This document shows positions 46,263 to 56,750 of a stretch of 64,000 nucleotides of DNA, piece after piece. Under the pieces are notes generated by a model. That model did no database searches, was not told where the DNA came from, and worked only from the letters and a program-made list of their open reading frames with translations. The translations under genes were made by a program, and so were the position numbers. Position 1 is the stretch's first letter; each line of letters begins with the position of its first letter. Source of the stretch: Clostridia bacterium (GTDB taxonomy: Bacteria; Bacillota; Clostridia; UMGS1883). The stretch spans positions 14,744 to 78,743 of the forward strand of contig JBJDXJ010000052.1 of the NCBI GenBank assembly GCA_051866635.1, written 5' to 3'.

Positions 46263-47435
46263 ATGAATTCTATGCAGTTAAAATACGGTTGTAACCCCAA
46301 CCAGACGCCTTCTCGCGTTTATGTTGAAAACGGCGAGCTTCCCATTGAAGTTTTAAACGGTAACCCCGGTTATATAAATCTTCTTGACGCTTTTAACGGC
46401 TGGCAGCTTGTAAGAGAGCTTAAGAAGGCAACCGGACTTCCTGCGGCTACAAGCTTTAAGCACGTTTCCCCTGCAGGTGCGGCTGTTGGTGAGCCTCTTT
46501 CCGACACATTGAAAAAGATTTACTTCGTGGAAGATAAAGAGCTTTCACCATTGGCATGTGCATACGCACGAGCAAGAGGTGCTGACAGAATGAGTTCCTT
46601 TGGTGATTTTGTTGCACTCAGCGATGTATGTGATGTGCCCACAGCTATGCTTTTAAAGCCTGAAGTAAGTGACGGTATTATTGCCCCCGGTTATGAACCT
46701 GAAGCACTTGAGATTTTAAAAAGCAAAAGAAGAGGAACATACAATATTATTAAAATTGATGAAAACTACAAGCCTGACCCTATTGAACGCAAGCAGGTGT
46801 TCGGTGTTACATTTGAACAGGGCAGAAACGAGCTTGACATAAACGCTGATATGCTTACAGAAGTTGTCACAGAGAATAAAGAAATTCCGGATAGTGCAAA
46901 GCGTGACCTACTTATTGCACTTATTACACTTAAGTATACACAGTCCAACTCCGTTTGCTATGCGAAGGACGGACAGGCTATAGGTATCGGTGCAGGTCAG
47001 CAAAGTAGAATTCACTGTACACGTCTTGCCGGCAGTAAAGCTGACAACTGGTGGCTTCGTCAGTCTCCCCGGGTTCTTAATCTTAAGTTTTTGGAAACAG
47101 TTGGTAAACCTGACAGAGACAACGCCATTGACGTATATATGTCCGATGATTATATGGATGTTTTAGCTGACGGTGTATGGGAAAACATTTTTGCAGAAAA
47201 GCCCCCTGTTTTCACACGTGAGGAAAAGAGAGCATGGCTTGATAAGAATACTAATGTTGCACTGGGTTCCGATGCGTTCTTCCCCTTTGGTGACAACATT
47301 GAAAGAGCTTATAAGAGTGGTGTTAAATATATTGCACAGCCCGGCGGAAGTAAGCGTGACGATATAGTTATTGAAACATGCAATCGTTTCGGTATTGCAA
47401 TGTGTATGACACATAACAGATTGTTCCATCATTGA
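46263..47435 (+). CDS. purH: AICAR transformylase (PurH C-terminal formyltransferase domain only)
   Basis: 390 aa, corresponding to the AICARFT domain and lacking the N-terminal MGS-like IMPCH domain. Confidence 0.75.
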   Translation: MNSMQLKYGCNPNQTPSRVYVENGELPIEVLNGNPGYINLLDAFNGWQLVRELKKATGLPAATSFKHVSPAGAAVGEPLSDTLKKIYFVEDKELSPLACAYARARGADRMSSFGDFVALSDVCDVPTAMLLKPEVSDGIIAPGYEPEALEILKSKRRGTYNIIKIDENYKPDPIERKQVFGVTFEQGRNELDINADMLTEVVTENKEIPDSAKRDLLIALITLKYTQSNSVCYAKDGQAIGIGAGQQSRIHCTRLAGSKADNWWLRQSPRVLNLKFLETVGKPDRDNAIDVYMSDDYMDVLADGVWENIFAEKPPVFTREEKRAWLDKNTNVALGSDAFFPFGDNIERAYKSGVKYIAQPGGSKRDDIVIETCNRFGIAMCMTHNRLFHH

Positions 47436-47450
47436 TTTTGGAGGTACGCA

Positions 47451-48716
47451 ATGAAAGTTTTAGTTGTAGGTGGCGGCGGACGAGAACATACAATTGTATG
47501 GAAGCTTTCCCAAAGCCCTAAGGTTGATAAAATCTACTGTGCCCCGGGCAATGCAGGAATTGCTTCTTTGGCACAATGTGTTCCGATAAAAGCTACAGAT
47601 GTTGACAAAATGGTTGATTTTGCGGCAGAAAATAAAATAGATATGGTAATGGTTGCACCTGACGACCCCCTTGTTCTCGGTATGGTTGATGCTATGGAGG
47701 AAAAGGGTATAAGAGCCTTCGGTCCCAAGAAAAATGCGGCTATTATCGAAGGAAGTAAGGTTTTCTCCAAGGACCTTATGAAAAAGTACAACATTCCCAC
47801 AGCAAAGTACGAAGTATTTGACAATGCGGAAGAAGCAATTAAATACCTTCAAACCGCACCTATCCCTACAGTTATCAAGGCTGAAGGTCTGGCACTGGGT
47901 AAGGGTGTTATTATTGCAAATACATTAGAAGAAGCTGAAAAAGCCGTCCACGATATGATGGAAGACAAGGTTTTCGGTAACGCCGGTAGCCGAATTGTCA
48001 TCGAAGAGTTTTTGACAGGTCCCGAAGTTTCCGTTCTTGCTTTTACAGACGGTAAAACAATTAAGCCCATGGTTTCAGCTCAGGACCATAAGCGTGCTTA
48101 TGACAATGATCAGGGCTTGAATACAGGCGGTATGGGAACTTTTTCTCCCTCAAGGATTTATGACGAAAAAATGGCTGAGGAATGTATGAATAACATCTTC
48201 CTTCCTACAATGGATGCCATGAACAAAGAGGGCAGAACCTTCAAGGGTGTTTTGTATTTCGGACTTATGGCAACAAAAGACGGTGTAAAGGTTATTGAAT
48301 ATAACTGCCGTTTCGGCGACCCGGAAACACAGGTTGTTCTTCCTCGTCTTGAAAGTGACTTGTATGAAATTTTTGACGCAATCATTGACGAAAGACTTTC
48401 GGAAATTGACATAAAGTGGCGTGATGGCGGTGCTGTGTGCGTTGTTTGTGCAAGTGGCGGTTACCCTGTTAAATATGACTCAGGCTTTGAAATTACAGGA
48501 ATTTCTGATGCAGAAGCATTGGGCGATATTACAGTTTTCCATGCAGGCACAAAAATGCAGGACGGTAAGCTGGTTACGGCAGGCGGCAGAGTTTTAGGTG
48601 TTACAGCTGTTGCAGACAGCCTTGACAATGCCATTGTAAAAGCATACGAGGGTGTTAAGAAAATACATTTCGATAAAATGCATTACAGAAATGATATTGG
48701 TATAAAAAAGTATTGA
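47451..48716 (+). CDS. purD: phosphoribosylamine--glycine ligase
   Basis: MKVLVVGGGGREH N-terminus and ATP-grasp fold. Confidence 0.9.
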   Translation: MKVLVVGGGGREHTIVWKLSQSPKVDKIYCAPGNAGIASLAQCVPIKATDVDKMVDFAAENKIDMVMVAPDDPLVLGMVDAMEEKGIRAFGPKKNAAIIEGSKVFSKDLMKKYNIPTAKYEVFDNAEEAIKYLQTAPIPTVIKAEGLALGKGVIIANTLEEAEKAVHDMMEDKVFGNAGSRIVIEEFLTGPEVSVLAFTDGKTIKPMVSAQDHKRAYDNDQGLNTGGMGTFSPSRIYDEKMAEECMNNIFLPTMDAMNKEGRTFKGVLYFGLMATKDGVKVIEYNCRFGDPETQVVLPRLESDLYEIFDAIIDERLSEIDIKWRDGGAVCVVCASGGYPVKYDSGFEITGISDAEALGDITVFHAGTKMQDGKLVTAGGRVLGVTAVADSLDNAIVKAYEGVKKIHFDKMHYRNDIGIKKY

Positions 48717-48717
48717 T

Positions 48718-49851
48718 ATGAACAAGAATACACAAAATAAAATTTCATTTTTCCTTTCCGTTCTGGAAGAAAGGTTTCAGAACGGAGAGGAATATTTCCT
48801 CGGTATTGATATAAGCTTTAAATCAGGTACAAAGTCATTCCCTGCAAAGGCTGTAAAAGAAGGGGATAGCTTCATATTTATTCACAATGCACAAAAAAGT
48901 GATTTCAGTTGGAGTTTGATACCTAAGGCGGCTGAAAACTATGACTCTATGCACCTTGTTTACAAAGAACGTGGTACAAATGCAGTTATAGATGCCAACG
49001 ACAGAAATGTTACTTTAAAATATGAGGATTCTGCCAAGGAAGAAGAGGAGGTTACCTCAACTGTCAAAAATAGTCGTAATTATCTCATAAAACCACCTAA
49101 GGCAAATGTGCTTTTAAAGGAAATAGGCATTATGGGCGAAAACGGGAAAATCAAGAACGATATGGTCAGAAAGTATAACCAGATTGACCATTTTGTTGAA
49201 TTAATCTCTGACCATTTAAAGCGTCTTGAGGGCAAGGTAGAGGTACTGGATTGTGCTTGCGGAAAAAGCTATCTTTCTTTTGCTTTAAATTACTATCTTA
49301 AAGATGTATTAAAGAAAGAATGTCACGTTACAGGTGTTGACTATTCGGATATAGTAATTAACGCTTCAAAAAAGAGTGCTGAAAACATGGGCTATTCAAA
49401 TATGACATTTGTTAAGGCAGATTTAACCGATTATAAGGTTACAACGCCTCCCGACGTTGTAATAAGCCTTCATGCCTGCGACATTGCAACCGATATGGCC
49501 ATTGCGGCAGGTATAAATAACGGTGCGAAGGCTATTTTTGCAGTTCCCTGTTGCCATAAAGAGCTTTTGGGTCAGTTCTCTTACAGTGAATTTGCCCCCC
49601 TTTTAAAGCACGGCATATTCAAAGCGAGAATGGCTGATTTGTTAACTGACAGCCTAAGATGCCTTTTGTTGGAGGCAAGCGGATATACCGTTACTGCCCA
49701 GGAGTATATTTCCCCTGTTGAAACACCGAAAAACCTTTTGATAAAGGCATTCCGTGATGGAAAAAGGCAAAAGGAAGCCAGGGAAGAATATTTCAGGTTA
49801 AAAGAAATATTATCCGTTACCCCAAAACTTGAAACACTTATAAAATTATAA
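48718..49851 (+). CDS. uncharacterised class I SAM-dependent methyltransferase
   Basis: SAM motif I VLDCACGKSYLS. Further conserved blocks HACDIATD and VPCCH. Confidence 0.55.
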   Translation: MNKNTQNKISFFLSVLEERFQNGEEYFLGIDISFKSGTKSFPAKAVKEGDSFIFIHNAQKSDFSWSLIPKAAENYDSMHLVYKERGTNAVIDANDRNVTLKYEDSAKEEEEVTSTVKNSRNYLIKPPKANVLLKEIGIMGENGKIKNDMVRKYNQIDHFVELISDHLKRLEGKVEVLDCACGKSYLSFALNYYLKDVLKKECHVTGVDYSDIVINASKKSAENMGYSNMTFVKADLTDYKVTTPPDVVISLHACDIATDMAIAAGINNGAKAIFAVPCCHKELLGQFSYSEFAPLLKHGIFKARMADLLTDSLRCLLLEASGYTVTAQEYISPVETPKNLLIKAFRDGKRQKEAREEYFRLKEILSVTPKLETLIKL

Positions 49852-49863
49852 GAGGTAATAAGT

Positions 49864-50406
49864 ATGAAACTGATGTTTGCGTCGGACATACACGGAAGTG
49901 AATATTACTTGGAAAAGCTCGCTTGTAAATACAACGAGCTTTCTTTCGATAAAATGATACTTTTAGGGGATATTCTTTATCATGGACCAAGGAATGATTT
50001 ACCCGAGGGGTATAATCCTAAAGGTGTAATTTCTATTCTTAACGAAATGAGCAGTGAAATACTTTCTGTCAGAGGTAACTGCGAAGCAGAAGTTGACCAG
50101 ATGGTTCTGGATTTTTCCTGCATGAGTGACAGTTTAATTATGTATGATAAAGGCAAAATGTTCTTTATTACTCATGGTCACTTGTTTAACACTAAAAATC
50201 CCCCAAAATTGAAATCAGGTGATATTCTAATCCACGGACACACTCACATACAGACTGTTGAAAAGTTCAATGATAATCTGTATATAAATCCGGGAAGTGT
50301 ATCTATCCCTAAAGAGAATAATCCGCCATCATTTATGATTTATGAGGATGGGTTGTTTACCATATATGATTTTGATATGAATGTTTTAAACAAAGTATCA
50401 ATATAA
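49864..50406 (+). CDS. YfcE-family metallophosphoesterase
   Basis: MKLMFASDIHGS, GDILYHG, GNCE and GHTH motifs. Confidence 0.8.
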   Translation: MKLMFASDIHGSEYYLEKLACKYNELSFDKMILLGDILYHGPRNDLPEGYNPKGVISILNEMSSEILSVRGNCEAEVDQMVLDFSCMSDSLIMYDKGKMFFITHGHLFNTKNPPKLKSGDILIHGHTHIQTVEKFNDNLYINPGSVSIPKENNPPSFMIYEDGLFTIYDFDMNVLNKVSI

Positions 50407-50428
50407 ATGCAGTGGAGCAGCAAAAAAT

Positions 50429-52309
50429 ATGAGAAAGCTGTTTGATAAAGTTCTTGATGTTATTTCGTTCGGGTTATATACCAGACCCTTAGCATCATTT
50501 TCAATAGTATTTTTTATATTTTCTGTTATGAGGTTGTATGTTTCTGTACAACCTCTGTTTGTATGTGCATTTTTATTAGGTATGTTATTGATCACCTTAA
50601 ATTTACGTGGTAAGATCGATAATTTTATTACGGTTTTTATATTCATAGCCGCATTATTAAGTATTTGCATATCTAATAAATCTGTATTAAATACACAAAG
50701 TGTAATGGAAACTTTCCATTTTACTCATGTACGTGTGGAAGGAAGGATAAGCTCTGTTCCCGATGTAAGCGAAAGAAGAACCACGTTTTACGTAAATGCA
50801 GATAATATTTACTCTGACAGTGGTAAAAGCGGCGAAAACATTAAAGTTTATGTAATTGCAAAAGAAAACTATTTTAAATATGGTGATGAAATAGTTTTTA
50901 ACGGCTACTTAACTAAAACAGCCGAAACAGTATATTATCTTGCAAAAGGTGCCCCCTTAAAAGCTAATAACGTTACGGTATTAAGAGTGAACCGTGGGAA
51001 ATTTCCTTTCAATATCATTGCAAATTTAAAGAACAACGCACTTGAAGTAAGTGATAAAATTTTAAGCGATGAAGGTAAAATGCTTTTTAAAGCAATTGCT
51101 TTAGGAGATAAAACAGGCTTTTCCGAAGAATTTTCCGATAAGCTGACAAAGGCGGGAATATCTCACATTGCCTGTGTGTCAGGATTACATGTTTCTTTGG
51201 TGGGTATGGGCGTGTATATGCTGTTAAAAAGGAAAAAGTATTTAGCTTTCTTGTTATCCGTTGGAAGTGTAGTTTTGTTTACCGTCATTACCGGTGCGGC
51301 ACCATCTACTGTACGTGCCGCAATAATGTTTACGGTTTACATTTTTTCAAAGGTAAGCATGAGACAAAACGACAGCTTCACGACACTTAGTCTTTCGGCT
51401 ATGATTTTAATTGCAATAAATCCGTATGTAATTTATGATTGGGGTTTTGTACTTTCGTTTTTGAGCGTTCTGGGGATAGAGGTTTTTTATAATGATTTAC
51501 ATAATGCACTAAAATTTTTACCGGGATATTTTGGCGAATCAATAGCTGTAACACTATCGGCTCAGATAATGACTTTCCCTGCAATTACAATAATATTTGG
51601 TAGGATTTCAGCTTATTCAGTTCTCTCGAATATAGTTATTTCGGCTATATTTACAACTGTTCTCTATTTATGCATAATCTTTGTTTTCGTGTCGAACATA
51701 CCCGGTGTAAACATACTGTTTTCATCCCTGTGCAACCTTTTTCTTGATGCAGTATGTGCAATTGCAAACCTTTTTTGTGATATGCCCTATAGTTATATCG
51801 GGATTAACAGCTTTAACATAACGGAAGTTGTCTGTTATTACGCCCTTATAGTCATTTATGTTTTCAAAAAGAAAATGTGTGATGTTTTGTTCTATTTAGC
51901 TATGGCTTTGTGTGCAATTGTGTTATGTGTAAATTTCTATAATAAGACCCTTGCAGATAAACGCTATGATGTAGGCGAAAATTCATATATTGTTTTATCA
52001 AATGAAACATCCTTCTTAGTTTGTAATGATGATTTGAAATATGTAAAAGACGATATTTTGCAGTGGGGAAGAGAATTTGATGTTGACTTTATTATTACAG
52101 TAAACAATGTAAACGGTCTGGAAAATGAGCTTAAGGCACTGCAAAAACTGGTTTGTGCGGAAAAAGTGTATATTAATGAGATTTATACTACTTCTGATTT
52201 TCTGCGTTTTTCAGAAAGAGAAAATATTAAAGTTGAGGAATATCCTGAAAACAGAAGTATAGAAGATGTTATTGCATTTGCCGCAAAAGACAAGGATATG
52301 CAATCGTAG
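50429..52309 (+). CDS. comEC: ComEC/Rec2-family membrane protein (DUF4131 + competence domain; metallo-beta-lactamase motif not evident)
   Basis: ComEC motif GISHIACVSGLHV. Multi-TM. C-terminal ~150 aa lacks the HxHxDH motif. Confidence 0.7.
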   Translation: MRKLFDKVLDVISFGLYTRPLASFSIVFFIFSVMRLYVSVQPLFVCAFLLGMLLITLNLRGKIDNFITVFIFIAALLSICISNKSVLNTQSVMETFHFTHVRVEGRISSVPDVSERRTTFYVNADNIYSDSGKSGENIKVYVIAKENYFKYGDEIVFNGYLTKTAETVYYLAKGAPLKANNVTVLRVNRGKFPFNIIANLKNNALEVSDKILSDEGKMLFKAIALGDKTGFSEEFSDKLTKAGISHIACVSGLHVSLVGMGVYMLLKRKKYLAFLLSVGSVVLFTVITGAAPSTVRAAIMFTVYIFSKVSMRQNDSFTTLSLSAMILIAINPYVIYDWGFVLSFLSVLGIEVFYNDLHNALKFLPGYFGESIAVTLSAQIMTFPAITIIFGRISAYSVLSNIVISAIFTTVLYLCIIFVFVSNIPGVNILFSSLCNLFLDAVCAIANLFCDMPYSYIGINSFNITEVVCYYALIVIYVFKKKMCDVLFYLAMALCAIVLCVNFYNKTLADKRYDVGENSYIVLSNETSFLVCNDDLKYVKDDILQWGREFDVDFIITVNNVNGLENELKALQKLVCAEKVYINEIYTTSDFLRFSERENIKVEEYPENRSIEDVIAFAAKDKDMQS

Positions 52310-52403
52310 ATGTATAAAGCGTTTTAGCACATTGAACACCTTGACTTTGGTATATAAAAATGATATAATTAATAAACTAAATATATCCGATAGGGGCGAT
52401 TTA

Positions 52404-53699
52404 ATGTTTTTGGAAGGACAAGGTGTGAATGATTTAAATCATTTCACAATTGGCGGATGCGACAGCGTAGAGCTTTGCGAAAAATACGGAACTCCGCTTT
52501 ATGTTATAGATGAAAATGTAGTGAGAAATCACTGTAAATTATATAAAAACTCTGTTGATGAATATTATAACGGCAAAGGCCTTGTGTTTTTTGCATCAAA
52601 GGCTCTCTGTAATAAAGAGATAATTCGCACTGTAAAAAGCGAAGGCTTAGGCTGTGATGCTGTATCTTCAGGTGAGTTGTACACGGCTCTTTGTGCAGGG
52701 ATGGAGCCTGAAAAAATATGCTTACACGGTAACAACAAAACAGAAGAAGAATTAAGATTTGCCATAAGTAATTTGGTTGGAAGAATTGTTGTTGACAACA
52801 TTTCCGAATTGGAGAAAATTAATCGTATTGCAGAGGAATTTGAAGTTAAACAGAAGGTTTTATTCAGAATTAAACCCGGTATTGATGCACATACACATAA
52901 CTTTATAATGACAGGTCAGATTGATTCAAAGTTTGGTTTCGCATTGGAAACAGGCGAGGCAAAGGATGCTGTTCTTAAGGCTATGACATACGAAAACCTT
53001 CAGGTAGGCGGTGTTCACTGCCATATAGGCTCACAGATTTTTGAGGCTGAACCTTTTAAGGAAGCGGCAAAATTAATGGTGAATTTCATGGCGGATATTA
53101 AGGACGAAACAGGTTATGAAATGACCGAATTAAATCTTGGCGGAGGTTTCGGTGTAACATATACAGAAAAAGACGATCCTATAGAGTTTAACAAGTATAT
53201 CGAAGAAATCAGCGTTATTGTAAAAAATGAATGTGAAAAACGAAATTTATGTTTACCTTTCATAATGATGGAACCGGGAAGAAGCATTGTTGCTACTGCC
53301 GGTGTAACATTATACACCGTAGGTGCCATAAAAGACATACCCAATATCCGCAGATACGTGTCTGTAGACGGTGGTATGTGTGATAACCCCAGATATATAC
53401 TCTACCAGGCTGAATATACTGCCCTTGTGGCAAATAAAGCCGGTGACGAAAAGACCGTTGCGGTAACTTTAGCAGGAAAATGCTGTGAATCAGGGGACCT
53501 TTTAGGCGAGAATATGAGAATTCAGCCCGTTGAAATAGGGGATAATATTGCAGTTCTTACAACAGGTGCATATAATTATTCCATGAGCTCCAATTACAAC
53601 AGAATTTGCCGTCCTCCTGTTGTAATGGTAAAAGACGGCGTTGACAGAATAGCTGTAAAAAGAGAAACTTTTGAGGATTTGATAAGAAATGACATATAA
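52404..53699 (+). CDS. lysA: diaminopimelate decarboxylase
   Basis: Fold-III PLP decarboxylase with GGG, EPGR and CESGD motifs. Start set to ATG 52404, since the ORF-track start lies inside comEC. Confidence 0.85.
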   Translation: MFLEGQGVNDLNHFTIGGCDSVELCEKYGTPLYVIDENVVRNHCKLYKNSVDEYYNGKGLVFFASKALCNKEIIRTVKSEGLGCDAVSSGELYTALCAGMEPEKICLHGNNKTEEELRFAISNLVGRIVVDNISELEKINRIAEEFEVKQKVLFRIKPGIDAHTHNFIMTGQIDSKFGFALETGEAKDAVLKAMTYENLQVGGVHCHIGSQIFEAEPFKEAAKLMVNFMADIKDETGYEMTELNLGGGFGVTYTEKDDPIEFNKYIEEISVIVKNECEKRNLCLPFIMMEPGRSIVATAGVTLYTVGAIKDIPNIRRYVSVDGGMCDNPRYILYQAEYTALVANKAGDEKTVAVTLAGKCCESGDLLGENMRIQPVEIGDNIAVLTTGAYNYSMSSNYNRICRPPVVMVKDGVDRIAVKRETFEDLIRNDI

Positions 53700-54330
53700 C
53701 ATTATTAGTTTACTTCAAAACTTTATAGTTCTGTTTACTGCAATAACCGTGCATGAATATTCACATGGTTTGGTTGCTTATAAATTAGGGGATCCAACTG
53801 CAAAGTCGATGGGTAGATTAACACTTAATCCTATGGCACATCTTGACCCACTAGGTGCAATTATGATGGTTTTCTGCCGCTTTGGCTGGGCAAAACCCGT
53901 TCCTGTAAATCCTTATTATTTTAAGGACCCAAAACGTGATATGGTCCTAGTTTCTTTTGCAGGACCTTTGTCTAATCTGTTATTGGCTTTTTGTGTGGCA
54001 ACAGTTTTTCCTTTTGCAATCAAACTGATACCCGGTGGAGATGTCACCGATTTTTTGCTGGATTTATTAATAGCGTGTATGCAACTGAATATATCTTTTG
54101 CAGTATTTAACCTTATTCCGTTTCCACCACTTGATGGCAGTAAAATTTTGTTTGCAGTTTTGCCTAACCATGTTTATAATAAGTTTTTAACTTATGAAAG
54201 ATATGGTATGATAGTTCTTCTTTTACTTTCTTTTACAGGTATTTTAGGCAGAATTTTAAATACTGTAATTCTCCCCATATGGAATTTGTATGTTAACTGG
54301 ATTAATTTCCTGTTATCGATTATAGCATAA
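53689..54330 (+). CDS. site-2 protease family M50 membrane metallopeptidase
   Basis: HEYSHG zinc motif in a TM helix and a second LDG motif. Confidence 0.75.
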   Translation: MTYNIISLLQNFIVLFTAITVHEYSHGLVAYKLGDPTAKSMGRLTLNPMAHLDPLGAIMMVFCRFGWAKPVPVNPYYFKDPKRDMVLVSFAGPLSNLLLAFCVATVFPFAIKLIPGGDVTDFLLDLLIACMQLNISFAVFNLIPFPPLDGSKILFAVLPNHVYNKFLTYERYGMIVLLLLSFTGILGRILNTVILPIWNLYVNWINFLLSIIA

Positions 54331-54341
54331 GGAGTATTTCC

Positions 54342-55091
54342 ATGAGCGATGTTTCCTTTAAGACAGCGGTTTTTGAAGGGCCGTTGGATTTATTGTTGCA
54401 TCTTATTTCAAAAAATAAGGTCAGCATATACGATATTCCCATTTCGGAGATTACAGATCAATATTTTGAATATCTTCAGGAATGTGAAGCTATGGATATG
54501 GAACTTTCAAGCGAGTTTGCCGTTATGGCATCCCAATTGTTGTACATTAAATCTAAGCTTCTGCTTCCTGTTCACGATGAAGAAGAGGAAGACCCCAGAG
54601 CAGAGCTTGTTGACAGACTTGAAGAGTATAAGCGTTATAAGGAGATTTCAAAACAGCTTGACGTTATGCAGCATGCAATGGATGACAGTGTGTTTAAATC
54701 TCCCGAAAACTTAGATATTCCTAAAGTTGTAATTGAAAATAAGACAATGAAGCCTGATTTATTATACGCTTCTTTTTTGATGATTATGGAGCGTAATCTG
54801 GCAAAGAAACCTCTTTCACCAAAGAATTTCAGCGGTGTAATCGGAAAAAAGAGGGTTTCTATTCCTCATCAGTCAAGATATGTAATGCATCTTTTGAAAT
54901 CAAAAAAGGAAGTATTATTTGAAGAAATCTTTGACTCGATGACTTCTAGAGGTGAAATGGTGGCAACTTTTATGGCTATACTAGAATTAATAAGGGATAG
55001 TCACATGGTTGCACTTGAGGAAAATGGCAAAATTATTTGTCAAAGGTGTGATGATTTCGATGGATATGAATCAAGTGGTTCAGACGATTGA
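54342..55091 (+). CDS. scpA: segregation and condensation protein A
   Basis: FEGPLDLLLHLI kleisin N-terminus. Confidence 0.9.
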   Translation: MSDVSFKTAVFEGPLDLLLHLISKNKVSIYDIPISEITDQYFEYLQECEAMDMELSSEFAVMASQLLYIKSKLLLPVHDEEEEDPRAELVDRLEEYKRYKEISKQLDVMQHAMDDSVFKSPENLDIPKVVIENKTMKPDLLYASFLMIMERNLAKKPLSPKNFSGVIGKKRVSIPHQSRYVMHLLKSKKEVLFEEIFDSMTSRGEMVATFMAILELIRDSHMVALEENGKIICQRCDDFDGYESSGSDD

Positions 55092-55611
55092 GGCAATACT
55101 TTTTGCTATTGGCGATGCTGTTGAAATTTCCGATATAGCATCAAGCCTTGGGATAAGCGAAGAGGAGGTTAAAGAAGGAGGCAAAATACTTTCCGAAAAG
55201 TATGTAAATACACAGTCGGGAATAAGGCTTATTGAAATTGCAGACTGTTACCAGCTTTCTTCTAATCCTGCCTGTTATGAACATATAAAAAAGGTAAGTC
55301 AGATCAAAAAGCAATCCGGACTTTCCTCGGCGGCGATAGAAACGCTGTCAATTATTGCGTACAATCAGCCTGTAACTAAAGGAACTGTGGAATTTATACG
55401 TGGTGTTGATTCTACTTATTCTGTAAACAAGCTGATTGAAAGAGGTCTTATTGATGAACTTGGGCGTGCTGAAACACCGGGAAGACCTATTTTGTATGGC
55501 ACAACGCTGGAATTTTTAAGAACCTTCGGACTAAAAACACTTGAGGATTTGCCACCACTTCCGGAAAAGGGAGCAGAGGAGACAGCTTCAAGCGAGGAGG
55601 AAGCAAATTGA
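55051..55611 (+). CDS. scpB: segregation and condensation protein B
   Basis: VQTIEAILFA...winged helix. Exact start is ambiguous among the Met codons at 55051, 55060 and 55066. Confidence 0.8.
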   Translation: MISMDMNQVVQTIEAILFAIGDAVEISDIASSLGISEEEVKEGGKILSEKYVNTQSGIRLIEIADCYQLSSNPACYEHIKKVSQIKKQSGLSSAAIETLSIIAYNQPVTKGTVEFIRGVDSTYSVNKLIERGLIDELGRAETPGRPILYGTTLEFLRTFGLKTLEDLPPLPEKGAEETASSEEEAN

Positions 55612-56189
55612 ACCTTATTATTATCTTAGGTATATTATTTGCAATTCTTATTCTGATTTTATGTATTCGTGTTGGTATAGGTGTGAAATATGACAACGGC
55701 ATTTTTATGATTGTAAAAATAGCTGTATTTAAGTATGAATTTAAGTTTAACCGTAAGGTAAAAAAGCTGTCGCAGAAAAATTTTAGGGACTCAGATGCGA
55801 AAAAAACTATAGATAAAAGCATTGTAGGTGTTGATTTTATCTTAGACCTTTTGGGGGATTTCAGGAAATTTGTAAGGAAAAGGGTAAGCCTTGAGGATTT
55901 TCAGTTAAATATTACTTTCGGCACTGCTGAAGCATCTTCAACGGCAGTTTCCGCCGGTGCTCTGTGGGCAATTTCCTATAATCTTTTAGGGCTAATTGAT
56001 AAACTTGTTTTGGTTAAAAAACCTAAAGTTGACATTAAGCCCGTGTTCAATGAAGCAACCTGGAATATGAGCGTGAGTGGTATAGTAACATCTCGCCTTG
56101 CACATATTATAACGGTAGCTATTGTTTTTGCAATTAAATATTTTAATTATAAAAAGAATAAAAATAAATCAAGGAGGACAAACAAATGA
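55608..56189 (+). CDS. DUF2953-family protein (YtfI-like, sporulation-associated)
   Basis: N-terminal TM. Conserved position upstream of ytfJ/gerW. Confidence 0.5.
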   Translation: MNLIIILGILFAILILILCIRVGIGVKYDNGIFMIVKIAVFKYEFKFNRKVKKLSQKNFRDSDAKKTIDKSIVGVDFILDLLGDFRKFVRKRVSLEDFQLNITFGTAEASSTAVSAGALWAISYNLLGLIDKLVLVKKPKVDIKPVFNEATWNMSVSGIVTSRLAHIITVAIVFAIKYFNYKKNKNKSRRTNK

Positions 56190-56581
56190 GTACACATCCT
56201 ATCAATGAGCTTATGACGGACGTTATGGGCAACTTAAAGTCAATGGTTGACGTAAATACAATCGTTGGCAACCCCGTTGAAACACCTGACGGAACAACAA
56301 TCATTCCCGTTTCTAAGGTTGGTTTTGGTTTTGCCGCAGGCGGAAGTGATTTCGGAACAACAGCTAACGGTGCATCCACTTGTGCCAACTTTGGCGGAGG
56401 TAGCGGTGCCGGTGTATCTATTGCACCTATGGGATTTCTTGTGGTAACAAAGGACCAGATTAGAATGATTCCAGTAAATTCATCAAATTCTGCGGTTGAT
56501 AAGTTGGTTGACTATATTCCCACTGCAATCAACAAGGTTAATAACATCATTGAAAAGCATAAGGAATCAAAAGAAGACTAA
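56186..56581 (+). CDS. ytfJ: GerW/YtfJ-family sporulation protein
   Basis: IIPVSKVGFGFAAGG...PMGFLVV matches the GerW family. ~130 aa. Confidence 0.75.
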   Translation: MSTHPINELMTDVMGNLKSMVDVNTIVGNPVETPDGTTIIPVSKVGFGFAAGGSDFGTTANGASTCANFGGGSGAGVSIAPMGFLVVTKDQIRMIPVNSSNSAVDKLVDYIPTAINKVNNIIEKHKESKED

Positions 56582-56750
56582 GGTTTATACCAAACAGGAG
56601 TAATAAAAAAAATTACTCCTGTTTTTGTATTTATTCGTAAATTTTTGTTGAAATGGAAATCTGTTTGTGGTATACTATATCATGGTGTAAATCTTGGATT
56701 TCTTCATAAAATTACTTGCCTTTCATACATTGTTAAAGGACGGTGATTTT

